From: Promethearchaeota archaeon
GTDB taxonomy: Archaea > Asgardarchaeota > Hermodarchaeia > Hermodarchaeales > Hermodarchaeaceae
Assembly (NCBI GenBank): GCA_048938295.1
Contig: JBHLMI010000029.1
Span: 1-27,805, forward strand
DNA: 27,805 nucleotides
Reading direction: 5' to 3'
The position numbers and the translations under genes are program-made. Below, piece after piece: positions 1 to 8,884 of this stretch; the first letter of the stretch is position 1, and every line of letters begins with the position of its first letter. The notes under the pieces were generated by a model. That model saw only the letters and a program-made list of their open reading frames with translations, did no database searches and was not told the origin of the DNA.

Positions 1-51
1 TGGCGGCTCCATACCTATCAAGCTACAGGTGATCCCAACTTTATTAATCAC
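1..51 (-). CDS. Possible N-terminus of a gene running off the left edge (MINKVGITCSLIGMEPP...)
   Basis: GTG at 51-49 preceded by purine-rich GAAGGTA, open to the window edge. Only 17 codons are visible, so the product cannot be assigned. Confidence 0.3.
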   Translation of the reverse strand, partial: MINKVGITCSLIGMEPP

Positions 52-191
52 TACCTTCTCTTCCAACGAGAAATATCTTGGTAGACGTATGATATTTTCT
101 CCTACTCTTCACCGTCGGTATTGTCACAAAACGTTATTATAACGGATGTTGGAGTTATCAACTCTGAAAACAATACTGGGGACCGCATCTA

Positions 192-1376
192 ATGGTATAC
201 CTTGTTGGTGAAGCGCTCGTTGGAAAAGGAAACGAAATTGCCCATATCGACCTAATTATCGGAGAAAAGTCGGGTCCTGTTGGTACGGCTTTCGCTCATG
301 GAATGACAAATGTCTCACATGGCCATTCCCCCCTCTTAGCAGTTATCAGGCCCAACCTACCACCCAAACCTCACACGCTCATCATACCCAAAGTGACAGT
401 GAAAGATATGGGTGATGCCGAGAAGATCTTTGGTCCGGCTCAAGCTGCTGTGGCCAAAGCCGTTGCCGATGCCCTAGAAGAGGGTATGATTCCCAAAGGC
501 AAAGAGGATGAGTGGGTGATTATTTGTAGTGTTTTCATCCACCCTGACGCTAAGGACTATCGACGGATTTATCATTACAATTATGCCGCAACAAAGCTGT
601 CAATTCAGCGTGCCCTATCCAATTATCCGCCTGTGGACAAAATCTTGTATGACAAGGATCGAGCAACCCATCCAATCATGGGATTTCGGGTACCACGATT
701 ATGGCGACCACCATATCTTCAAATCGCATTAGATCTGCCAAGTATAGAGGCGACCAAGAAGATTATTACAGCCTTACCACGAAGTGATAATATCATCCTC
801 GAAGCAGGCACTCCCCTCATTAAAAGGTACGGAACAACAGTGCTCAGTGATATACGTGAAGTAGCCAAAGACAAATTCTTAGTTGCTGACCTCAAGACAC
901 TTGATGTAGGCAAGGTTGAAGTCGATATGGCATTCGATGAATCCGCAGACGCTGTAGTCGTTGCCGGTTTAGCATCAATTGACACCATAGATCAGTTCAT
1001 CTACGAAACCAATCGTTTAGGGATTTACTCCTTTATTGACATGATGAACGTTGAAGATCCCATCACAAAGCTACAGAGCCTGAAAATGCCACCCAACGTC
1101 ATCATAATGCATCGGGGAATCGACACTGAAGGTCGAGCAGATCATAAGTGGGATGTAGTAAAGGAAGTTAAAGCAGCGTTCAAAGGAAAACGAGTCCTCG
1201 TTTCAGTAGCGGGTGGTATTCAACCTAACAACATCGAAGCGGCTCTCAAAGCCAAAGCTGACATAATTGTCGTTGGCCGCTATATCACCCAATCACGAGA
1301 TATTGAGCGCTCAACCCGGGAATTCCTAACACAGATGCAAGGTGATATTGACCTCTTCCGTGTTCACACCGAATAA
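192..1376 (+). CDS. fae-hps: Bifunctional formaldehyde-activating enzyme / 3-hexulose-6-phosphate synthase
   Basis: N-terminal Fae motifs (GEALVG..EIAHIDLIIG, KVTVK, IFGPAQAAVAKAVAD, VFIHP) followed by an HPS/OMPDC-like barrel (LQIALD, LEAGTPLIK, VADLKTLDVG, VAGGI, IIVVGRYIT). Confidence 0.92.
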   Translation: MVYLVGEALVGKGNEIAHIDLIIGEKSGPVGTAFAHGMTNVSHGHSPLLAVIRPNLPPKPHTLIIPKVTVKDMGDAEKIFGPAQAAVAKAVADALEEGMIPKGKEDEWVIICSVFIHPDAKDYRRIYHYNYAATKLSIQRALSNYPPVDKILYDKDRATHPIMGFRVPRLWRPPYLQIALDLPSIEATKKIITALPRSDNIILEAGTPLIKRYGTTVLSDIREVAKDKFLVADLKTLDVGKVEVDMAFDESADAVVVAGLASIDTIDQFIYETNRLGIYSFIDMMNVEDPITKLQSLKMPPNVIIMHRGIDTEGRADHKWDVVKEVKAAFKGKRVLVSVAGGIQPNNIEAALKAKADIIVVGRYITQSRDIERSTREFLTQMQGDIDLFRVHTE

Positions 1377-1525
1377 GAAGGCCTTTCTACGTCTACCAAA
1401 ATAGATGCTTTCGAAGTGCGTTAGTACTACGTGTACTTTTGTTGAATAGAAAACTTCAAGAGCTTTCACAAACCTTACACCTCTAAGCAATTTATGATGA
1501 AGATTGCTGGGAGTGTATTCCGAAG

Positions 1526-1825
1526 ATGCCTTCGGGTATCAAACGACTCGTTCTAGATGTTCTCAAACCGCATGTCCCCAATCTTGTGGACATTGCAACA
1601 TTGGTTGGAAAAGTTGATGGTGTCGTTGGTGTCAACGTCGCTCTGGTCGAAGTAGACTCTCATACGGAGTCAATTAAAGTAACGGTTGAAGGTGACAACA
1701 TCGGGTTCGAAGAGGTTAAAGCTGCTCTCGAAGCATGTGGTGCCTCGGTTCATTCAATTGATCAAGTAGTTGCAGGACGTACCGTTGTAGAAGAAGTAAA
1801 AACCCATATGGAAAATGGTGGTTAA
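1526..1825 (+). CDS. DUF211 family protein
   Basis: IKRLVLDVLKPH, V.GVN..LVEVD, G.SVHSIDQVVAG match the recalled DUF211 signature. Confidence 0.85.
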   Translation: MPSGIKRLVLDVLKPHVPNLVDIATLVGKVDGVVGVNVALVEVDSHTESIKVTVEGDNIGFEEVKAALEACGASVHSIDQVVAGRTVVEEVKTHMENGG

Positions 1826-2487
1826 TCCTCCAACGCGGCTTTGGATCTTTCAACCGAAGCCTCAACATGAGGTAGCAGGTTCTCGTATAAGGAGTTATAA
1901 AATATCCTTGGGAGAATGTGTAGTATATTGAATACGCGATTCAGAACTCCTCTTACAATAGGTTCTAAAAGAAGAGGGCGACCACTAATTTTTGAAGATA
2001 TGACGGCATCAATTGCTGCTTCCTCAGCCAAAGCATCAATTAACCGAAAGATTGGTCCTGCTTGTTCAAGGTAGTAGGGAAGTCCTCGTTCATCGTATAG
2101 GACAATAATGTCTAACTTTTCAACAATCCGCTTTACATACCACTCTATGCTCGTATCCTTAACATCAAATGATTGGTGAAAGAGGGGCTCTGCTGGTCGT
2201 CGCTTTGCAGTTTGAGGCGCTTCTGCTGAGAAATAGCTGCGAGGAACGAGATTCGGGTAGGTATTAGGATGGCGAAAGGCGATATAGGTGGCGGCGGCAA
2301 AGAGCGCTTCAGGTTCACGTCCAATCTCTTGAGTACCTAGATGATTTGCGAGAATACGCAGCGAGGGCAGGATTAGATCTTGGCGGACCTGTTTTGAAGA
2401 ATACAGGTGATATGCCTGTTTTAAAAATATGGCTGGCACCTTTAACTCTGCCCGTACAGCTTCATCCACTCTAACCTTCGACGCCAA
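1822..2487 (-). CDS. Hypothetical protein with a TFIIB/cyclin-like repeat
   Basis: 221-aa ORF with TTG start. GREPEALFAAATYIAFR...PR...V..SIEWYVKRIVEKL resembles the TFIIB core repeat (GRS.E.L.AA..YIACR...PR...I.R.YK.I...L). No Zn ribbon. Confidence 0.5.
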   Translation of the reverse strand: MASKVRVDEAVRAELKVPAIFLKQAYHLYSSKQVRQDLILPSLRILANHLGTQEIGREPEALFAAATYIAFRHPNTYPNLVPRSYFSAEAPQTAKRRPAEPLFHQSFDVKDTSIEWYVKRIVEKLDIIVLYDERGLPYYLEQAGPIFRLIDALAEEAAIDAVISSKISGRPLLLEPIVRGVLNRVFNILHILPRIFYNSLYENLLPHVEASVERSKAALED

Positions 2488-2588
2488 ATCCGTGGGGCTC
2501 CTCAGAGAACTTACTACCCCTTAAATGAGATATCATCTTACATATATCTTGAGCGGTCTACTGGCAAGGCTGAAGATTCTCTCACTTG

Positions 2589-2966
2589 CTAGGTGACATG
2601 ACCAGATTCCTCAAGATATTGCATTTCTTCAGCAGTCAAATGAGACCTTACGAATTCTATGCCCTTATCCGTCAGTGAAATCTGTGCTATTGTTTCAGTC
2701 TTTGAAAATACAGTTACAAATTTCTGCTTCTTTAATCGTTGAAGGGACGCGAAGATAATCTGGTTTAATTCATCATCGGTGACATTTGGTTTCCCGTCAT
2801 GACGTTGAAATTCTGGGGTATGTTTCAGAACGCGACGTAATGATGCTAACGAGCGACGTCTAGTTTCATAGGGATTAGAATAGAGCCATAATATAAGCAC
2901 ATAATCTATCACTTCTCCTGAATGGTGGCGATACAACTGTTGAGCAAGATAATAGACGGCAGGCAT
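2589..2966 (-). CDS. Hypothetical winged-helix protein
   Basis: 125 aa. C-terminal SLQRLKKQKFV....QISLTDKG pattern is typical of a wHTH recognition helix plus wing. Confidence 0.55.
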   Translation of the reverse strand: MPAVYYLAQQLYRHHSGEVIDYVLILWLYSNPYETRRRSLASLRRVLKHTPEFQRHDGKPNVTDDELNQIIFASLQRLKKQKFVTVFSKTETIAQISLTDKGIEFVRSHLTAEEMQYLEESGHVT

Positions 2967-3023
2967 ATGTTCAATCCATGTTAGCTAGATTGTAAATTTT
3001 AACTTATCAATCCTGGTGAAAAG

Positions 3024-3761
3024 TTAATCTCCCGTCCACCTATAGGTTCCTGTTGAGGTCTTAAGAACGTACCCTTGATTTCGCAACAGATTCAAAGCCT
3101 CTTCAATCCCGGCGCTTGAAACTCCTCCTTCTTCAAGGTGATTGGCCAACTCATCCTGACTTAGCGGAACCGGTGAATTGCGGAGAACATTTCCGAGTAG
3201 CTGGGCAAGTTTTGTTGAACTGACTTTTTTCGTCTGGTTATCAGGAACCTCTCTCTCCTCTGTTATTAGTTGAACTTGCCAAGGCTTGGGTGAAATCAGA
3301 TGTCCTGAACGAATGAGGGCTTCTATCTGCTGAACAACCCAGTCCCAAGGAATTCCGACTTTACGACACTCTTTTTCCAATACTTGGAAGTCAAGTGGGT
3401 TTTTTCGTGCAAGTTGGTATAGAATGCGTTCTAATTCTCGGCGTCGCATGGGTACAGGTTGGATCATCTGTTTGGTATCCTGGAGCTGTTCTAAATTCAG
3501 ATTTGTATCCGGGATGAGTGGTTGGATTTTATCTCGCGATTTCTCCACTGCATCCATGTAATCTTTGTGGTGTTTTCCAGTCTGATAGAGTTTGACTCTT
3601 GCACGGGCAGTCTTTGCATCATCCACAAAGACTGCGCTTAACGGATTAATTTTGAAAATCTTTTGACAGTATACACACAAACGTGTTTGTTGGTGCGTGG
3701 GGGCATAGGTGTAATGCCCACATCTTGGACATCGAATTATGTAAAATCCTTCTCGGGGCAT
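3024..3761 (-). CDS. DUF1922-like Zn-ribbon protein fused to two winged-helix domains
   Basis: Start reassigned to ATG at 3761 (GGTGGTG SD-like upstream). The longer ORF-track start overlaps the + strand gene at 3829. YIIRCPRCG..TY...RLCVYCQK gives two CxxC pairs. IEALIRSGHLISP and ALNLLRNQGYVLKTSTGTYR are wHTH-like. Confidence 0.65.
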   Translation of the reverse strand: MPREGFYIIRCPRCGHYTYAPTHQQTRLCVYCQKIFKINPLSAVFVDDAKTARARVKLYQTGKHHKDYMDAVEKSRDKIQPLIPDTNLNLEQLQDTKQMIQPVPMRRRELERILYQLARKNPLDFQVLEKECRKVGIPWDWVVQQIEALIRSGHLISPKPWQVQLITEEREVPDNQTKKVSSTKLAQLLGNVLRNSPVPLSQDELANHLEEGGVSSAGIEEALNLLRNQGYVLKTSTGTYRWTGD

Positions 3762-3828
3762 CAACACCACCACCGCCACAAGCCTAATTAGCCTTTCGTG
3801 TTTAAAGTCCTCAAGTGGGAAAGACGAG

Positions 3829-4143
3829 ATGAGTTTTGGTTTAGATCCGTATTTCAAAAAGGAAAAACCTGCTAAGAAGAAAGAAACCGAAGCCAAAGAA
3901 GAGAGTAAACCGGAAATTTTAGAATTCACCCCTTCTGGTGCCAGAGATTGGCGGGTCATTCTGGAGGAGACAGTGAAATCCATGGTTCTCTATCCTCATC
4001 TTCTCGATTACACTCGAACCAAAATTCTTCCAAGACATCCCACGATAACCGAAGAGGAACTGGCAATTCAACTCCGTGTTCCTTTAGGTGTGGCAATCGT
4101 ACTTCTTGATAAACTTCAACGTGAGACCCAAGAAACAAAATGA
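3829..4143 (+). CDS. Hypothetical protein with charged N-terminus and C-terminal HTH-like segment
   Basis: 104 aa. ITEEELAIQLRVPLGVAIVLLDKL resembles a helix-turn-helix. Confidence 0.55.
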   Translation: MSFGLDPYFKKEKPAKKKETEAKEESKPEILEFTPSGARDWRVILEETVKSMVLYPHLLDYTRTKILPRHPTITEEELAIQLRVPLGVAIVLLDKLQRETQETK

Positions 4144-4150
4144 CTTGGTT

Positions 4151-4903
4151 TTAGGTCAGCGGATCAGCCGATTGATAAAGATAGAGGAAGTAAATTTTCG
4201 CTAGCTCTCCCAACTCGGTGTGGCTAGTCCAAATTGCTAGAGACTCCGTAGGCTCTGTCGTCAGCATAATTATTGCCTGTTTTTCATCAATAATGGCGCC
4301 ACCACCATAGATTTCCTTTCGCGTCCGGCCTTCGCCAACTGCAGATATAAGTCGTTGCACTTTCTCGGTTAGGGTTTGTTCAGATACTAGAATCTGTATT
4401 TTCACTCCTCGATCACGGAGGTGAAGTAATGTGGGGCTAATGAACTCTATGTCTTCTTCACTGATGATCCCCCATGAAAGAAGCACGCTTCGTTCCGCCT
4501 GTCCGAGTGCAACATTCAACTTTGCCCGGACATTATTCGAACCATGGAGAATATGAACCTCTGGGGCAGAGATTGTTGTTTTTTCATCAAATAATGGCTG
4601 TAGATTTTCGATGACCTGTTGTTCCCATCCTGCTAAACGGTCTTGAGCTGAGAGGAATGCGGCTTTCGCCGTTTCACGAGGGCTTTTGGGAACATAATGC
4701 TTCGGCCGCCCCTGTTCCACAGTAATCCATCCTCCTCGCTCAAGTGCTGCTAAGACATCATATACGCGGCTAAAGGGTATTCGAGAATGTGAACTAACTT
4801 CACTGGCTGTGAGTGCCCCATTTCTGACCAAAGAGATGTAAACACGGGCCTCATAACTACTTAAGCCCAAATTTCGCAGAGCTCGTGTTGTTCCTTCGTC
4901 CAT
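4151..4903 (-). CDS. TrmB family transcriptional regulator
   Basis: LRNLGLSSYEARVYISL, SRIPFSRVYDVL..LE..GWI....GRPKHY wHTH plus C-terminal PLD-like domain. Start is 4903 or 4915. Confidence 0.88.
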   Translation of the reverse strand: MDEGTTRALRNLGLSSYEARVYISLVRNGALTASEVSSHSRIPFSRVYDVLAALERGGWITVEQGRPKHYVPKSPRETAKAAFLSAQDRLAGWEQQVIENLQPLFDEKTTISAPEVHILHGSNNVRAKLNVALGQAERSVLLSWGIISEEDIEFISPTLLHLRDRGVKIQILVSEQTLTEKVQRLISAVGEGRTRKEIYGGGAIIDEKQAIIMLTTEPTESLAIWTSHTELGELAKIYFLYLYQSADPLT

Positions 4904-4993
4904 GCGTTCACCCATTTCAACCACACACCGACACCTCATAACATGCGAAAAAACCTTTTTGGTTACTGTGTGAATTGTTTTACAGGTGATATC

Positions 4994-5917
4994 ATGGGAA
5001 AGATACGACAGCCTGCCGCATTCGGTTTTTATCCTCCAGAAAAAAAGGCCCTTGAAAAATCAATTCATGCGGCATTTGTAGATCTGCACGGTGCTGGGCC
5101 TATTCCCCCACTTAATCCTAAACGTATGAATAGATTAGTTGCCGGTGTTGCTCCGCATGCAGGTTATATCTACTCAGGACCCATCGCTTCCCACCTTTAC
5201 AATGCCATTGCAGGGGAAGGTTTTCCAGAGACATTCATTATCATCGGTACAAAACATAGACCAATGCGCTTTCCTGGAGCCGCTTTGATGTCAGAAGGAG
5301 TATGGGAAACTCCACTAGGCAGGTGCAACATAGACTCCTCTCTTGCTAAATCTGTATTAACTCAAGATCAAGCTTCTTCGACTAACTGTGTCGTGGATAG
5401 TACAGAAGCCCATTTGAATGAGCATTCAGTCGAGGTTCAGTTACCATTTCTCCAATACTTAGGCAAAGACTGTGATTTTCAAATTGTCCCAGTTGTGATG
5501 TCATCTTCGAAGTATTCCATTTGTGAAAAAGTGGGTCTAACAATCGCAGATGCCGTAAAGAAAAGCAAACGTGATGTATTCGTTATCGCTAGCACTGATT
5601 TCACACATTACGGTAAATACTACTACGATTATGCTCCAGTCGGAAGTGGTCCGGTTGACAAAATCATCAAATGGGTTCATGAAACGGATGGCGACCTTAT
5701 TACCAAAATTGAGCAACTGAATGGCAAAGCCCTTCTAGATACTGTAGTACAAAAGAATCGAACTATGTGTGGAGCAAGCGCGGTTGCCACCACCATAGCA
5801 ATAGCAAAAGAGTTAGGTGCTAAACATGGAACGTGTCTGAAATATGCGACAAGCTATGATGTTCGGGGTAGCTCAGAAGCAATTGTTGGTTACGCGGCCA
5901 TTACCCTAAACCGCTAG
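4994..5917 (+). CDS. MEMO1 family protein (AmmeMemoRadiSam system protein B)
   Basis: IRQPAAFGFYP, VAPHAGYIYSG, EHSVEVQLPFLQY, ASTDFTHYG, TMCG, YATSYDV, VGYAA. AGGTGA SD upstream of ATG 4994. Confidence 0.92.
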   Translation: MGKIRQPAAFGFYPPEKKALEKSIHAAFVDLHGAGPIPPLNPKRMNRLVAGVAPHAGYIYSGPIASHLYNAIAGEGFPETFIIIGTKHRPMRFPGAALMSEGVWETPLGRCNIDSSLAKSVLTQDQASSTNCVVDSTEAHLNEHSVEVQLPFLQYLGKDCDFQIVPVVMSSSKYSICEKVGLTIADAVKKSKRDVFVIASTDFTHYGKYYYDYAPVGSGPVDKIIKWVHETDGDLITKIEQLNGKALLDTVVQKNRTMCGASAVATTIAIAKELGAKHGTCLKYATSYDVRGSSEAIVGYAAITLNR

Positions 5918-6516
5918 ACTGCAATTGTCTTTTTTGAAGCATTTTTCCCTTTTTCAAAGGCGGAAATGTTCATGGCGTGATACCTTTCAGGAAGGATTTC
6001 CTTTATAGCCGCAATCACAGTTTCCTCTTTAATGGGAATTAGGTTCAAGCTGATGATAGCTCCAATTAAGACTGTATTCATAGTCAGAATACCTCCTGCC
6101 TCCTGAGCCAGCTTAGCCGCATCGAAGGTGATGACTTTCGCAAACTTGGCTAGGTCCTGTAATATCGCTTCGTCACTAGGGTATTTATCTCGGCCAAGTA
6201 AAACTCCCGTTGGCGTAATTCGGTATTCACCCACAATAATAGTACCAGAAGACATTATTCGATCGACATTTCTTAAGGCTTCAACAGGCTCAACACTCAA
6301 GAGCAAGTTTGCCTTGCCTGTCGGTATAATTGGACCATGAACGCTTTTCCCAATTCGAATAGTACAGTCCACTGCACCGCCTCTCTGAGCCATACCGTGA
6401 ATCTCGCCCATTCGAACGTTTTCTCCTTCAGCGAGTGCCGCTGATGCTAGGATTCGAGCAGCGGTTAGAACACCGGTCCCCCCCACTCCCGTAAACATGA
6501 TGTTATACTCTTTCAT
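5914..6516 (-). CDS. iorB: Indolepyruvate:ferredoxin oxidoreductase beta subunit
   Basis: NIMFTGVGGTGVL, GEIHGMAQRGGAV, LSVEPVEALR. ATG at 6516 overlaps the iorA stop. Confidence 0.9.
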   Translation of the reverse strand: MKEYNIMFTGVGGTGVLTAARILASAALAEGENVRMGEIHGMAQRGGAVDCTIRIGKSVHGPIIPTGKANLLLSVEPVEALRNVDRIMSSGTIIVGEYRITPTGVLLGRDKYPSDEAILQDLAKFAKVITFDAAKLAQEAGGILTMNTVLIGAIISLNLIPIKEETVIAAIKEILPERYHAMNISAFEKGKNASKKTIAV

Positions 6517-8386
6517 TCGCCTTTGCCTCATGAATTGCTTTATAGGGGCAAATCTGCGCGCACACGCCGCATCCTGAACACAAGTCTGCATCAATCGCCG
6601 CGTGTTCACCTATCCAAATAGCTGCGGCACAACCTAATTTATCTGTACACACCCGGCAACCCTGACATTTCTCTGGATCAACCTCATAGGGGATTATTGG
6701 TTCATTAGCACTGCGCTTCCGGGCACTCTCTAAAAGTGCACATGGGCTTCGCGAGATAACCACTGCAGGGCCATCATATGCCAAAGCTTCGCGCATTGCA
6801 CGGATCGATTCCTTGACTTGGAGAGGATCGATTACCTTAACGTAGTCAACCCCCACACCCCGTACCACGGCCTCAATACTGATTTGTTTGCCTGGAACAC
6901 CCATACCAGTCATTCCCGTTCCTGGATGTGGCTGGTGACCGGTCATTGCGGTTGTGTGATTATCCACCACAATAATCTTCACTGGATGTTGGTTGTATAC
7001 CGCATTAACAAGACCGGGAATTCCAGAATGGAAAAACGTGGAATCACCAATAGCTCCCACAATGGGTTTATCCAAAACAGCTGTAAGTCCGCAAGAAGTT
7101 CCGATACTTGATCCCATACAAAGAAGTAAATCAGCCATTTCGAGAGGAGGCTGAATTACCAATGTATAACATCCAATATCTGTTGGGTAAATGCCCTTTC
7201 GTCCAGTTGCAGTCGCGATTTCATAAAATGTTGCACGATGTGGACAACCTGCACAGAGGATAGGAGGCCGGGGAGGAGCTGTGGCAAGAGTTTCAGAAAT
7301 TTTGTTATCAACATCTGCGTATTCCGGTGGTATTGCCTTTCCTAAGGCCTTAGCAACGCCTTCAATGACGGTTCTGGGGGTGAATTCACCAATTTCCGAG
7401 AAATATCCCTGGCTCTTTCCCAGAATTGGAACCATGATCTCTTTTTCTTGTGCGAAAGCACGTGCGTGATTTTCAAGGTAAGGCTTTAGCTCCTCTACGA
7501 CAATGACCTTTTCTTTTGAAGCAACGAACTTCTGAATTTTTTTCTTTGGCAATGGATAAGACATTCCGATCTTGAAGACTGCTGCTTTCAACTGTAACGT
7601 TTCAAGGGCTTCCATTACATAATTAAAACTCACACCAGAAGTAATGATACCGAGTTTTCCTTTTCCAAAGATTTTATTCCACGGAGTTTTTTCTGAGATT
7701 TCTGTAGCTTGATTCACCTTTTCAAGCAGAATTGGGTGTCGCTTTCTAGCGACAGTCGGAACCGGTACAAACCGAAATGGATTTCGTTCAAAATTCGGAT
7801 TATTCCGTGGGGGGCGAATAACTCCTAGCTTAACACCCGAACGTGTATGACTGACACGTGTAGTAACTCGGAGTAACACAGGCTGTTCTAATTCTTCAGA
7901 TAAATCAAAAGCGGCAATAGTCATATCCTTTGCTTCTTGCGGATCTGCTGGCTCGAGCATGGTTGTATCACCTAGCATCGCATATAACCGATTATCCTGC
8001 TCGTTTTGAGAACTCCAGCAGCCAGGATCATCTGCAGACACAATAACCAAGCCCGCTCGAACCCCAATGTAATTTAGCGTCATGAACGCATCAGATGCAA
8101 CGTTGAGCCCGACATGTTTCATGATTACAAGGGATCGGGCATTCGCCACTGCTGCAGCACCTGCCACTTCCATTGCGACTTTTTCATTCGTGCAATACTC
8201 GAAGAAGTAATTCCCCTGCTTAACTGCACGAGAGAGGCTGTCACCTATTTCTGAGGAGGGAGTGCCAGGATAAGTAGCTGCGAGTTCCAATCCTGCCTCA
8301 ATTGCACCACGTGCAATCGCTTCATTTCCTAAAAGCAGATACTGTTTACCAGCTGTTCCCTTTGTTAGAACCTCGGCGATATCCAT
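6503..8386 (-). CDS. iorA: Indolepyruvate:ferredoxin oxidoreductase alpha subunit
   Basis: LLGNEAIARGA, YPGTPSSEI, NEKVAME, MKHVGLNVA, RPPILCAGCPHR, TPP-binding IGDSTFFHSG...DN, C-terminal ferredoxin Cys motifs (CQGCRVC, CSGCGVCAQIC). Confidence 0.93.
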   Translation of the reverse strand: MDIAEVLTKGTAGKQYLLLGNEAIARGAIEAGLELAATYPGTPSSEIGDSLSRAVKQGNYFFEYCTNEKVAMEVAGAAAVANARSLVIMKHVGLNVASDAFMTLNYIGVRAGLVIVSADDPGCWSSQNEQDNRLYAMLGDTTMLEPADPQEAKDMTIAAFDLSEELEQPVLLRVTTRVSHTRSGVKLGVIRPPRNNPNFERNPFRFVPVPTVARKRHPILLEKVNQATEISEKTPWNKIFGKGKLGIITSGVSFNYVMEALETLQLKAAVFKIGMSYPLPKKKIQKFVASKEKVIVVEELKPYLENHARAFAQEKEIMVPILGKSQGYFSEIGEFTPRTVIEGVAKALGKAIPPEYADVDNKISETLATAPPRPPILCAGCPHRATFYEIATATGRKGIYPTDIGCYTLVIQPPLEMADLLLCMGSSIGTSCGLTAVLDKPIVGAIGDSTFFHSGIPGLVNAVYNQHPVKIIVVDNHTTAMTGHQPHPGTGMTGMGVPGKQISIEAVVRGVGVDYVKVIDPLQVKESIRAMREALAYDGPAVVISRSPCALLESARKRSANEPIIPYEVDPEKCQGCRVCTDKLGCAAAIWIGEHAAIDADLCSGCGVCAQICPYKAIHEAKANERV

Positions 8387-8473
8387 CAGATTCACCATCC
8401 TGCCGAACCGTTTAAACGCATTGCAATACACTATTTTACAGTTTGTGATTTATAGTAAAGTGGGTGGCTACAA

Positions 8474-8866
8474 GTGAATCAGTGGCGAATTACCCTAAGG
8501 TCAAAAGAACGTGTTCTAAGTGATGTACTTGACAAAACTGGTGCACATATGATACGACCAAGATATATCAATGAACTAAAAGGGATTTCACAAACTCACA
8601 AAATTAACTTTCAGATACAATCACCTGAAGGGATAAACAAACTTCCTTCAAGTTACGTCGTTGTTGAACTAGTCAAAGACGAGAACAAGATGCCTCCAGT
8701 TATAGGCCTTTTTGAGTATTCCTACGGTGCGATTCGGCTAGTAGCGCTTGATAATGACGAACTCGTTAAGAAGAATGCAGATGATATTATCGCCTTCTTC
8801 GAAGCTCCCCTTCAAAGAGAGACTGGATATTCAGTTCACGTCTATGAGGCGAAAAACAAGTTATAA
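8474..8866 (+). CDS. Hypothetical protein
   Basis: 130-aa ORF (GTG start) filling the gap between iorA and cca, with no competing long ORF. Confidence 0.6.
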   Translation: MNQWRITLRSKERVLSDVLDKTGAHMIRPRYINELKGISQTHKINFQIQSPEGINKLPSSYVVVELVKDENKMPPVIGLFEYSYGAIRLVALDNDELVKKNADDIIAFFEAPLQRETGYSVHVYEAKNKL

Positions 8867-8884
8867 TTTCGTAAACTTTTCGTT

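Noticed and set aside
1494-1530. ATGATGA as the C box of a C/D sRNA
   Set aside because: No properly spaced CTGA D/D' boxes or terminal stem.
2170-2240. About 20-aa insertion in the TFIIB-like protein as an intron
   Set aside because: No inner stem or BHB geometry was found by eye.
3762-3983. 74-aa N-terminal extension of the DUF1922 ORF
   Set aside because: It overlaps the + strand gene 3829-4143. The domain and an SD motif start at ATG 3761.
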